From: Naegleria gruberi
Taxonomy: Eukaryota
Assembly (NCBI GenBank): GCA_000004985.1
Contig: GG738845.1
Reading direction: 5' to 3' (one strand)
DNA length: 64,000 nucleotides
The stretch's first letter is position 1, and every line of letters starts with the position of its first letter. Both the position numbers and the translations under genes were made by a program. Shown here piece by piece: positions 48,001 through 60,104 of this stretch. The notes beneath the pieces are model-generated. The model saw nothing but the letters and a program-made list of their open reading frames with translations. It searched no databases and was not told the DNA's origin.

Positions 48001-51000
48001 NNNNNNNNNNNNNNNNNNNNNNNNNNNNNNNNNNNNNNNNNNNNNNNNNNNNNNNNNNNNNNNNNNNNNNNNNNNNNNNNNNNNNNNNNNNNNNNNNNNN
48101 NNNNNNNNNNNNNNNNNNNNNNNNNNNNNNNNNNNNNNNNNNNNNNNNNNNNNNNNNNNNNNNNNNNNNNNNNNNNNNNNNNNNNNNNNNNNNNNNNNNN
48201 NNNNNNNNNNNNNNNNNNNNNNNNNNNNNNNNNNNNNNNNNNNNNNNNNNNNNNNNNNNNNNNNNNNNNNNNNNNNNNNNNNNNNNNNNNNNNNNNNNNN
48301 NNNNNNNNNNNNNNNNNNNNNNNNNNNNNNNNNNNNNNNNNNNNNNNNNNNNNNNNNNNNNNNNNNNNNNNNNNNNNNNNNNNNNNNNNNNNNNNNNNNN
48401 NNNNNNNNNNNNNNNNNNNNNNNNNNNNNNNNNNNNNNNNNNNNNNNNNNNNNNNNNNNNNNNNNNNNNNNNNNNNNNNNNNNNNNNNNNNNNNNNNNNN
48501 NNNNNNNNNNNNNNNNNNNNNNNNNNNNNNNNNNNNNNNNNNNNNNNNNNNNNNNNNNNNNNNNNNNNNNNNNNNNNNNNNNNNNNNNNNNNNNNNNNNN
48601 NNNNNNNNNNNNNNNNNNNNNNNNNNNNNNNNNNNNNNNNNNNNNNNNNNNNNNNNNNNNNNNNNNNNNNNNNNNNNNNNNNNNNNNNNNNNNNNNNNNN
48701 NNNNNNNNNNNNNNNNNNNNNNNNNNNNNNNNNNNNNNNNNNNNNNNNNNNNNNNNNNNNNNNNNNNNNNNNNNNNNNNNNNNNNNNNNNNNNNNNNNNN
48801 NNNNNNNNNNNNNNNNNNNNNNNNNNNNNNNNNNNNNNNNNNNNNNNNNNNNNNNNNNNNNNNNNNNNNNNNNNNNNNNNNNNNNNNNNNNNNNNNNNNN
48901 NNNNNNNNNNNNNNNNNNNNNNNNNNNNNNNNNNNNNNNNNNNNNNNNNNNNNNNNNNNNNNNNNNNNNNNNNNNNNNNNNNNNNNNNNNNNNNNNNNNN
49001 NNNNNNNNNNNNNNNNNNNNNNNNNNNNNNNNNNNNNNNNNNNNNNNNNNNNNNNNNNNNNNNNNNNNNNNNNNNNNNNNNNNNNNNNNNNNNNNNNNNN
49101 NNNNNNNNNNNNNNNNNNNNNNNNNNNNNNNNNNNNNNNNNNNNNNNNNNNNNNNNNNNNNNNNNNNNNNNNNNNNNNNNNNNNNNNNNNNNNNNNNNNN
49201 NNNNNNNNNNNNNNNNNNNNNNNNNNNNNNNNNNNNNNNNNNNNNNNNNNNNNNNNNNNNNNNNNNNNNNNNNNNNNNNNNNNNNNNNNNNNNNNNNNNN
49301 NNNNNNNNNNNNNNNNNNNNNNNNNNNNNNNNNNNNNNNNNNNNNNNNNNNNNNNNNNNNNNNNNNNNNNNNNNNNNNNNNNNNNNNNNNNNNNNNNNNN
49401 NNNNNNNNNNNNNNNNNNNNNNNNNNNNNNNNNNNNNNNNNNNNNNNNNNNNNNNNNNNNNNNNNNNNNNNNNNNNNNNNNNNNNNNNNNNNNNNNNNNN
49501 NNNNNNNNNNNNNNNNNNNNNNNNNNNNNNNNNNNNNNNNNNNNNNNNNNNNNNNNNNNNNNNNNNNNNNNNNNNNNNNNNNNNNNNNNNNNNNNNNNNN
49601 NNNNNNNNNNNNNNNNNNNNNNNNNNNNNNNNNNNNNNNNNNNNNNNNNNNNNNNNNNNNNNNNNNNNNNNNNNNNNNNNNNNNNNNNNNNNNNNNNNNN
49701 NNNNNNNNNNNNNNNNNNNNNNNNNNNNNNNNNNNNNNNNNNNNNNNNNNNNNNNNNNNNNNNNNNNNNNNNNNNNNNNNNNNNNNNNNNNNNNNNNNNN
49801 NNNNNNNNNNNNNNNNNNNNNNNNNNNNNNNNNNNNNNNNNNNNNNNNNNNNNNNNNNNNNNNNNNNNNNNNNNNNNNNNNNNNNNNNNNNNNNNNNNNN
49901 NNNNNNNNNNNNNNNNNNNNNNNNNNNNNNNNNNNNNNNNNNNNNNNNNNNNNNNNNNNNNNNNNNNNNNNNNNNNNNNNNNNNNNNNNNNNNNNNNNNN
50001 NNNNNNNNNNNNNNNNNNNNNNNNNNNNNNNNNNNNNNNNNNNNNNNNNNNNNNNNNNNNNNNNNNNNNNNNNNNNNNNNNNNNNNNNNNNNNNNNNNNN
50101 NNNNNNNNNNNNNNNNNNNNNNNNNNNNNNNNNNNNNNNNNNNNNNNNNNNNNNNNNNNNNNNNNNNNNNNNNNNNNNNNNNNNNNNNNNNNNNNNNNNN
50201 NNNNNNNNNNNNNNNNNNNNNNNNNNNNNNNNNNNNNNNNNNNNNNNNNNNNNNNNNNNNNNNNNNNNNNNNNNNNNNNNNNNNNNNNNNNNNNNNNNNN
50301 NNNNNNNNNNNNNNNNNNNNNNNNNNNNNNNNNNNNNNNNNNNNNNNNNNNNNNNNNNNNNNNNNNNNNNNNNNNNNNNNNNNNNNNNNNNNNNNNNNNN
50401 NNNNNNNNNNNNNNNNNNNNNNNNNNNNNNNNNNNNNNNNNNNNNNNNNNNNNNNNNNNNNNNNNNNNNNNNNNNNNNNNNNNNNNNNNNNNNNNNNNNN
50501 NNNNNNNNNNNNNNNNNNNNNNNNNNNNNNNNNNNNNNNNNNNNNNNNNNNNNNNNNNNNNNNNNNNNNNNNNNNNNNNNNNNNNNNNNNNNNNNNNNNN
50601 NNNNNNNNNNNNNNNNNNNNNNNNNNNNNNNNNNNNNNNNNNNNNNNNNNNNNNNNNNNNNNNNNNNNNNNNNNNNNNNNNNNNNNNNNNNNNNNNNNNN
50701 NNNNNNNNNNNNNNNNNNNNNNNNNNNNNNNNNNNNNNNNNNNNNNNNNNNNNNNNNNNNNNNNNNNNNNNNNNNNNNNNNNNNNNNNNNNNNNNNNNNN
50801 NNNNNNNNNNNNNNNNNNNNNNNNNNNNNNNNNNNNNNNNNNNNNNNNNNNNNNNNNNNNNNNNNNNNNNNNNNNNNNNNNNNNNNNNNNNNNNNNNNNN
50901 NNNNNNNNNNNNNNNNNNNNNNNNNNNNNNNNNNNNNNNNNNNNNNNNNNNNNNNNNNNNNNNNNNNNNNNNNNNNNNNNNNNNNNNNNNNNNNNNNNNN

Positions 51001-54000
51001 NNNNNNNNNNNNNNNNNNNNNNNNNNNNNNNNNNNNNNNNNNNNNNNNNNNNNNNNNNNNNNNNNNNNNNNNNNNNNNNNNNNNNNNNNNNNNNNNNNNN
51101 NNNNNNNNNNNNNNNNNNNNNNNNNNNNNNNNNNNNNNNNNNNNNNNNNNNNNNNNNNNNNNNNNNNNNNNNNNNNNNNNNNNNNNNNNNNNNNNNNNNN
51201 NNNNNNNNNNNNNNNNNNNNNNNNNNNNNNNNNNNNNNNNNNNNNNNNNNNNNNNNNNNNNNNNNNNNNNNNNNNNNNNNNNNNNNNNNNNNNNNNNNNN
51301 NNNNNNNNNNNNNNNNNNNNNNNNNNNNNNNNNNNNNNNNNNNNNNNNNNNNNNNNNNNNNNNNNNNNNNNNNNNNNNNNNNNNNNNNNNNNNNNNNNNN
51401 NNNNNNNNNNNNNNNNNNNNNNNNNNNNNNNNNNNNNNNNNNNNNNNNNNNNNNNNNNNNNNNNNNNNNNNNNNNNNNNNNNNNNNNNNNNNNNNNNNNN
51501 NNNNNNNNNNNNNNNNNNNNNNNNNNNNNNNNNNNNNNNNNNNNNNNNNNNNNNNNNNNNNNNNNNNNNNNNNNNNNNNNNNNNNNNNNNNNNNNNNNNN
51601 NNNNNNNNNNNNNNNNNNNNNNNNNNNNNNNNNNNNNNNNNNNNNNNNNNNNNNNNNNNNNNNNNNNNNNNNNNNNNNNNNNNNNNNNNNNNNNNNNNNN
51701 NNNNNNNNNNNNNNNNNNNNNNNNNNNNNNNNNNNNNNNNNNNNNNNNNNNNNNNNNNNNNNNNNNNNNNNNNNNNNNNNNNNNNNNNNNNNNNNNNNNN
51801 NNNNNNNNNNNNNNNNNNNNNNNNNNNNNNNNNNNNNNNNNNNNNNNNNNNNNNNNNNNNNNNNNNNNNNNNNNNNNNNNNNNNNNNNNNNNNNNNNNNN
51901 NNNNNNNNNNNNNNNNNNNNNNNNNNNNNNNNNNNNNNNNNNNNNNNNNNNNNNNNNNNNNNNNNNNNNNNNNNNNNNNNNNNNNNNNNNNNNNNNNNNN
52001 NNNNNNNNNNNNNNNNNNNNNNNNNNNNNNNNNNNNNNNNNNNNNNNNNNNNNNNNNNNNNNNNNNNNNNNNNNNNNNNNNNNNNNNNNNNNNNNNNNNN
52101 NNNNNNNNNNNNNNNNNNNNNNNNNNNNNNNNNNNNNNNNNNNNNNNNNNNNNNNNNNNNNNNNNNNNNNNNNNNNNNNNNNNNNNNNNNNNNNNNNNNN
52201 NNNNNNNNNNNNNNNNNNNNNNNNNNNNNNNNNNNNNNNNNNNNNNNNNNNNNNNNNNNNNNNNNNNNNNNNNNNNNNNNNNNNNNNNNNNNNNNNNNNN
52301 NNNNNNNNNNNNNNNNNNNNNNNNNNNNNNNNNNNNNNNNNNNNNNNNNNNNNNNNNNNNNNNNNNNNNNNNNNNNNNNNNNNNNNNNNNNNNNNNNNNN
52401 NNNNNNNNNNNNNNNNNNNNNNNNNNNNNNNNNNNNNNNNNNNNNNNNNNNNNNNNNNNNNNNNNNNNNNNNNNNNNNNNNNNNNNNNNNNNNNNNNNNN
52501 NNNNNNNNNNNNNNNNNNNNNNNNNNNNNNNNNNNNNNNNNNNNNNNNNNNNNNNNNNNNNNNNNNNNNNNNNNNNNNNNNNNNNNNNNNNNNNNNNNNN
52601 NNNNNNNNNNNNNNNNNNNNNNNNNNNNNNNNNNNNNNNNNNNNNNNNNNNNNNNNNNNNNNNNNNNNNNNNNNNNNNNNNNNNNNNNNNNNNNNNNNNN
52701 NNNNNNNNNNNNNNNNNNNNNNNNNNNNNNNNNNNNNNNNNNNNNNNNNNNNNNNNNNNNNNNNNNNNNNNNNNNNNNNNNNNNNNNNNNNNNNNNNNNN
52801 NNNNNNNNNNNNNNNNNNNNNNNNNNNNNNNNNNNNNNNNNNNNNNNNNNNNNNNNNNNNNNNNNNNNNNNNNNNNNNNNNNNNNNNNNNNNNNNNNNNN
52901 NNNNNNNNNNNNNNNNNNNNNNNNNNNNNNNNNNNNNNNNNNNNNNNNNNNNNNNNNNNNNNNNNNNNNNNNNNNNNNNNNNNNNNNNNNNNNNNNNNNN
53001 NNNNNNNNNNNNNNNNNNNNNNNNNNNNNNNNNNNNNNNNNNNNNNNNNNNNNNNNNNNNNNNNNNNNNNNNNNNNNNNNNNNNNNNNNNNNNNNNNNNN
53101 NNNNNNNNNNNNNNNNNNNNNNNNNNNNNNNNNNNNNNNNNNNNNNNNNNNNNNNNNNNNNNNNNNNNNNNNNNNNNNNNNNNNNNNNNNNNNNNNNNNN
53201 NNNNNNNNNNNNNNNNNNNNNNNNNNNNNNNNNNNNNNNNNNNNNNNNNNNNNNNNNNNNNNNNNNNNNNNNNNNNNNNNNNNNNNNNNNNNNNNNNNNN
53301 NNNNNNNNNNNNNNNNNNNNNNNNNNNNNNNNNNNNNNNNNNNNNNNNNNNNNNNNNNNNNNNNNNNNNNNNNNNNNNNNNNNNNNNNNNNNNNNNNNNN
53401 NNNNNNNNNNNNNNNNNNNNNNNNNNNNNNNNNNNNNNNNNNNNNNNNNNNNNNNNNNNNNNNNNNNNNNNNNNNNNNNNNNNNNNNNNNNNNNNNNNNN
53501 NNNNNNNNNNNNNNNNNNNNNNNNNNNNNNNNNNNNNNNNNNNNNNNNNNNNNNNNNNNNNNNNNNNNNNNNNNNNNNNNNNNNNNNNNNNNNNNNNNNN
53601 NNNNNNNNNNNNNNNNNNNNNNNNNNNNNNNNNNNNNNNNNNNNNNNNNNNNNNNNNNNNNNNNNNNNNNNNNNNNNNNNNNNNNNNNNNNNNNNNNNNN
53701 NNNNNNNNNNNNNNNNNNNNNNNNNNNNNNNNNNNNNNNNNNNNNNNNNNNNNNNNNNNNNNNNNNNNNNNNNNNNNNNNNNNNNNNNNNNNNNNNNNNN
53801 NNNNNNNNNNNNNNNNNNNNNNNNNNNNNNNNNNNNNNNNNNNNNNNNNNNNNNNNNNNNNNNNNNNNNNNNNNNNNNNNNNNNNNNNNNNNNNNNNNNN
53901 NNNNNNNNNNNNNNNNNNNNNNNNNNNNNNNNNNNNNNNNNNNNNNNNNNNNNNNNNNNNNNNNNNNNNNNNNNNNNNNNNNNNNNNNNNNNNNNNNNNN

Positions 54001-57000
54001 NNNNNNNNNNNNNNNNNNNNNNNNNNNNNNNNNNNNNNNNNNNNNNNNNNNNNNNNNNNNNNNNNNNNNNNNNNNNNNNNNNNNNNNNNNNNNNNNNNNN
54101 NNNNNNNNNNNNNNNNNNNNNNNNNNNNNNNNNNNNNNNNNNNNNNNNNNNNNNNNNNNNNNNNNNNNNNNNNNNNNNNNNNNNNNNNNNNNNNNNNNNN
54201 NNNNNNNNNNNNNNNNNNNNNNNNNNNNNNNNNNNNNNNNNNNNNNNNNNNNNNNNNNNNNNNNNNNNNNNNNNNNNNNNNNNNNNNNNNNNNNNNNNNN
54301 NNNNNNNNNNNNNNNNNNNNNNNNNNNNNNNNNNNNNNNNNNNNNNNNNNNNNNNNNNNNNNNNNNNNNNNNNNNNNNNNNNNNNNNNNNNNNNNNNNNN
54401 NNNNNNNNNNNNNNNNNNNNNNNNNNNNNNNNNNNNNNNNNNNNNNNNNNNNNNNNNNNNNNNNNNNNNNNNNNNNNNNNNNNNNNNNNNNNNNNNNNNN
54501 NNNNNNNNNNNNNNNNNNNNNNNNNNNNNNNNNNNNNNNNNNNNNNNNNNNNNNNNNNNNNNNNNNNNNNNNNNNNNNNNNNNNNNNNNNNNNNNNNNNN
54601 NNNNNNNNNNNNNNNNNNNNNNNNNNNNNNNNNNNNNNNNNNNNNNNNNNNNNNNNNNNNNNNNNNNNNNNNNNNNNNNNNNNNNNNNNNNNNNNNNNNN
54701 NNNNNNNNNNNNNNNNNNNNNNNNNNNNNNNNNNNNNNNNNNNNNNNNNNNNNNNNNNNNNNNNNNNNNNNNNNNNNNNNNNNNNNNNNNNNNNNNNNNN
54801 NNNNNNNNNNNNNNNNNNNNNNNNNNNNNNNNNNNNNNNNNNNNNNNNNNNNNNNNNNNNNNNNNNNNNNNNNNNNNNNNNNNNNNNNNNNNNNNNNNNN
54901 NNNNNNNNNNNNNNNNNNNNNNNNNNNNNNNNNNNNNNNNNNNNNNNNNNNNNNNNNNNNNNNNNNNNNNNNNNNNNNNNNNNNNNNNNNNNNNNNNNNN
55001 NNNNNNNNNNNNNNNNNNNNNNNNNNNNNNNNNNNNNNNNNNNNNNNNNNNNNNNNNNNNNNNNNNNNNNNNNNNNNNNNNNNNNNNNNNNNNNNNNNNN
55101 NNNNNNNNNNNNNNNNNNNNNNNNNNNNNNNNNNNNNNNNNNNNNNNNNNNNNNNNNNNNNNNNNNNNNNNNNNNNNNNNNNNNNNNNNNNNNNNNNNNN
55201 NNNNNNNNNNNNNNNNNNNNNNNNNNNNNNNNNNNNNNNNNNNNNNNNNNNNNNNNNNNNNNNNNNNNNNNNNNNNNNNNNNNNNNNNNNNNNNNNNNNN
55301 NNNNNNNNNNNNNNNNNNNNNNNNNNNNNNNNNNNNNNNNNNNNNNNNNNNNNNNNNNNNNNNNNNNNNNNNNNNNNNNNNNNNNNNNNNNNNNNNNNNN
55401 NNNNNNNNNNNNNNNNNNNNNNNNNNNNNNNNNNNNNNNNNNNNNNNNNNNNNNNNNNNNNNNNNNNNNNNNNNNNNNNNNNNNNNNNNNNNNNNNNNNN
55501 NNNNNNNNNNNNNNNNNNNNNNNNNNNNNNNNNNNNNNNNNNNNNNNNNNNNNNNNNNNNNNNNNNNNNNNNNNNNNNNNNNNNNNNNNNNNNNNNNNNN
55601 NNNNNNNNNNNNNNNNNNNNNNNNNNNNNNNNNNNNNNNNNNNNNNNNNNNNNNNNNNNNNNNNNNNNNNNNNNNNNNNNNNNNNNNNNNNNNNNNNNNN
55701 NNNNNNNNNNNNNNNNNNNNNNNNNNNNNNNNNNNNNNNNNNNNNNNNNNNNNNNNNNNNNNNNNNNNNNNNNNNNNNNNNNNNNNNNNNNNNNNNNNNN
55801 NNNNNNNNNNNNNNNNNNNNNNNNNNNNNNNNNNNNNNNNNNNNNNNNNNNNNNNNNNNNNNNNNNNNNNNNNNNNNNNNNNNNNNNNNNNNNNNNNNNN
55901 NNNNNNNNNNNNNNNNNNNNNNNNNNNNNNNNNNNNNNNNNNNNNNNNNNNNNNNNNNNNNNNNNNNNNNNNNNNNNNNNNNNNNNNNNNNNNNNNNNNN
56001 NNNNNNNNNNNNNNNNNNNNNNNNNNNNNNNNNNNNNNNNNNNNNNNNNNNNNNNNNNNNNNNNNNNNNNNNNNNNNNNNNNNNNNNNNNNNNNNNNNNN
56101 NNNNNNNNNNNNNNNNNNNNNNNNNNNNNNNNNNNNNNNNNNNNNNNNNNNNNNNNNNNNNNNNNNNNNNNNNNNNNNNNNNNNNNNNNNNNNNNNNNNN
56201 NNNNNNNNNNNNNNNNNNNNNNNNNNNNNNNNNNNNNNNNNNNNNNNNNNNNNNNNNNNNNNNNNNNNNNNNNNNNNNNNNNNNNNNNNNNNNNNNNNNN
56301 NNNNNNNNNNNNNNNNNNNNNNNNNNNNNNNNNNNNNNNNNNNNNNNNNNNNNNNNNNNNNNNNNNNNNNNNNNNNNNNNNNNNNNNNNNNNNNNNNNNN
56401 NNNNNNNNNNNNNNNNNNNNNNNNNNNNNNNNNNNNNNNNNNNNNNNNNNNNNNNNNNNNNNNNNNNNNNNNNNNNNNNNNNNNNNNNNNNNNNNNNNNN
56501 NNNNNNNNNNNNNNNNNNNNNNNNNNNNNNNNNNNNNNNNNNNNNNNNNNNNNNNNNNNNNNNNNNNNNNNNNNNNNNNNNNNNNNNNNNNNNNNNNNNN
56601 NNNNNNNNNNNNNNNNNNNNNNNNNNNNNNNNNNNNNNNNNNNNNNNNNNNNNNNNNNNNNNNNNNNNNNNNNNNNNNNNNNNNNNNNNNNNNNNNNNNN
56701 NNNNNNNNNNNNNNNNNNNNNNNNNNNNNNNNNNNNNNNNNNNNNNNNNNNNNNNNNNNNNNNNNNNNNNNNNNNNNNNNNNNNNNNNNNNNNNNNNNNN
56801 NNNNNNNNNNNNNNNNNNNNNNNNNNNNNNNNNNNNNNNNNNNNNNNNNNNNNNNNNNNNNNNNNNNNNNNNNNNNNNNNNNNNNNNNNNNNNNNNNNNN
56901 NNNNNNNNNNNNNNNNNNNNNNNNNNNNNNNNNNNNNNNNNNNNNNNNNNNNNNNNNNNNNNNNNNNNNNNNNNNNNNNNNNNNNNNNNNNNNNNNNNNN

Positions 57001-60000
57001 NNNNNNNNNNNNNNNNNNNNNNNNNNNNNNNNNNNNNNNNNNNNNNNNNNNNNNNNNNNNNNNNNNNNNNNNNNNNNNNNNNNNNNNNNNNNNNNNNNNN
57101 NNNNNNNNNNNNNNNNNNNNNNNNNNNNNNNNNNNNNNNNNNNNNNNNNNNNNNNNNNNNNNNNNNNNNNNNNNNNNNNNNNNNNNNNNNNNNNNNNNNN
57201 NNNNNNNNNNNNNNNNNNNNNNNNNNNNNNNNNNNNNNNNNNNNNNNNNNNNNNNNNNNNNNNNNNNNNNNNNNNNNNNNNNNNNNNNNNNNNNNNNNNN
57301 NNNNNNNNNNNNNNNNNNNNNNNNNNNNNNNNNNNNNNNNNNNNNNNNNNNNNNNNNNNNNNNNNNNNNNNNNNNNNNNNNNNNNNNNNNNNNNNNNNNN
57401 NNNNNNNNNNNNNNNNNNNNNNNNNNNNNNNNNNNNNNNNNNNNNNNNNNNNNNNNNNNNNNNNNNNNNNNNNNNNNNNNNNNNNNNNNNNNNNNNNNNN
57501 NNNNNNNNNNNNNNNNNNNNNNNNNNNNNNNNNNNNNNNNNNNNNNNNNNNNNNNNNNNNNNNNNNNNNNNNNNNNNNNNNNNNNNNNNNNNNNNNNNNN
57601 NNNNNNNNNNNNNNNNNNNNNNNNNNNNNNNNNNNNNNNNNNNNNNNNNNNNNNNNNNNNNNNNNNNNNNNNNNNNNNNNNNNNNNNNNNNNNNNNNNNN
57701 NNNNNNNNNNNNNNNNNNNNNNNNNNNNNNNNNNNNNNNNNNNNNNNNNNNNNNNNNNNNNNNNNNNNNNNNNNNNNNNNNNNNNNNNNNNNNNNNNNNN
57801 NNNNNNNNNNNNNNNNNNNNNNNNNNNNNNNNNNNNNNNNNNNNNNNNNNNNNNNNNNNNNNNNNNNNNNNNNNNNNNNNNNNNNNNNNNNNNNNNNNNN
57901 NNNNNNNNNNNNNNNNNNNNNNNNNNNNNNNNNNNNNNNNNNNNNNNNNNNNNNNNNNNNNNNNNNNNNNNNNNNNNNNNNNNNNNNNNNNNNNNNNNNN
58001 NNNNNNNNNNNNNNNNNNNNNNNNNNNNNNNNNNNNNNNNNNNNNNNNNNNNNNNNNNNNNNNNNNNNNNNNNNNNNNNNNNNNNNNNNNNNNNNNNNNN
58101 NNNNNNNNNNNNNNNNNNNNNNNNNNNNNNNNNNNNNNNNNNNNNNNNNNNNNNNNNNNNNNNNNNNNNNNNNNNNNNNNNNNNNNNNNNNNNNNNNNNN
58201 NNNNNNNNNNNNNNNNNNNNNNNNNNNNNNNNNNNNNNNNNNNNNNNNNNNNNNNNNNNNNNNNNNNNNNNNNNNNNNNNNNNNNNNNNNNNNNNNNNNN
58301 NNNNNNNNNNNNNNNNNNNNNNNNNNNNNNNNNNNNNNNNNNNNNNNNNNNNNNNNNNNNNNNNNNNNNNNNNNNNNNNNNNNNNNNNNNNNNNNNNNNN
58401 NNNNNNNNNNNNNNNNNNNNNNNNNNNNNNNNNNNNNNNNNNNNNNNNNNNNNNNNNNNNNNNNNNNNNNNNNNNNNNNNNNNNNNNNNNNNNNNNNNNN
58501 NNNNNNNNNNNNNNNNNNNNNNNNNNNNNNNNNNNNNNNNNNNNNNNNNNNNNNNNNNNNNNNNNNNNNNNNNNNNNNNNNNNNNNNNNNNNNNNNNNNN
58601 NNNNNNNNNNNNNNNNNNNNNNNNNNNNNNNNNNNNNNNNNNNNNNNNNNNNNNNNNNNNNNNNNNNNNNNNNNNNNNNNNNNNNNNNNNNNNNNNNNNN
58701 NNNNNNNNNNNNNNNNNNNNNNNNNNNNNNNNNNNNNNNNNNNNNNNNNNNNNNNNNNNNNNNNNNNNNNNNNNNNNNNNNNNNNNNNNNNNNNNNNNNN
58801 NNNNNNNNNNNNNNNNNNNNNNNNNNNNNNNNNNNNNNNNNNNNNNNNNNNNNNNNNNNNNNNNNNNNNNNNNNNNNNNNNNNNNNNNNNNNNNNNNNNN
58901 NNNNNNNNNNNNNNNNNNNNNNNNNNNNNNNNNNNNNNNNNNNNNNNNNNNNNNNNNNNNNNNNNNNNNNNNNNNNNNNNNNNNNNNNNNNNNNNNNNNN
59001 NNNNNNNNNNNNNNNNNNNNNNNNNNNNNNNNNNNNNNNNNNNNNNNNNNNNNNNNNNNNNNNNNNNNNNNNNNNNNNNNNNNNNNNNNNNNNNNNNNNN
59101 NNNNNNNNNNNNNNNNNNNNNNNNNNNNNNNNNNNNNNNNNNNNNNNNNNNNNNNNNNNNNNNNNNNNNNNNNNNNNNNNNNNNNNNNNNNNNNNNNNNN
59201 NNNNNNNNNNNNNNNNNNNNNNNNNNNNNNNNNNNNNNNNNNNNNNNNNNNNNNNNNNNNNNNNNNNNNNNNNNNNNNNNNNNNNNNNNNNNNNNNNNNN
59301 NNNNNNNNNNNNNNNNNNNNNNNNNNNNNNNNNNNNNNNNNNNNNNNNNNNNNNNNNNNNNNNNNNNNNNNNNNNNNNNNNNNNNNNNNNNNNNNNNNNN
59401 NNNNNNNNNNNNNNNNNNNNNNNNNNNNNNNNNNNNNNNNNNNNNNNNNNNNNNNNNNNNNNNNNNNNNNNNNNNNNNNNNNNNNNNNNNNNNNNNNNNN
59501 NNNNNNNNNNNNNNNNNNNNNNNNNNNNNNNNNNNNNNNNNNNNNNNNNNNNNNNNNNNNNNNNNNNNNNNNNNNNNNNNNNNNNNNNNNNNNNNNNNNN
59601 NNNNNNNNNNNNNNNNNNNNNNNNNNNNNNNNNNNNNNNNNNNNNNNNNNNNNNNNNNNNNNNNNNNNNNNNNNNNNNNNNNNNNNNNNNNNNNNNNNNN
59701 NNNNNNNNNNNNNNNNNNNNNNNNNNNNNNNNNNNNNNNNNNNNNNNNNNNNNNNNNNNNNNNNNNNNNNNNNNNNNNNNNNNNNNNNNNNNNNNNNNNN
59801 NNNNNNNNNNNNNNNNNNNNNNNNNNNNNNNNNNNNNNNNNNNNNNNNNNNNNNNNNNNNNNNNNNNNNNNNNNNNNNNNNNNNNNNNNNNNNNNNNNNN
59901 NNNNNNNNNNNNNNNNNNNNNNNNNNNNNNNNNNNNNNNNNNNNNNNNNNNNNNNNNNNNNNNNNNNNNNNNNNNNNNNNNNNNNNNNNNNNNNNNNNNN

Positions 60001-60103
60001 NNNNNNNNNNNNNNNNNNNNNNNNNNNNNNNNNNNNNNNNNNNNNNNNNNNNNNNNNNNNNNNNNNNNNNNNNNNNNNNNNNNNNNNNNNNNNNNNNNNN
60101 NNN
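1..60103. other. Run of N: assembly gap or hard-masked sequence with no base information
   Basis: Every position 1..60103 is 'n'. The first called base is t at 60104. Confidence 0.99.
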
Positions 60104-60104
60104 T

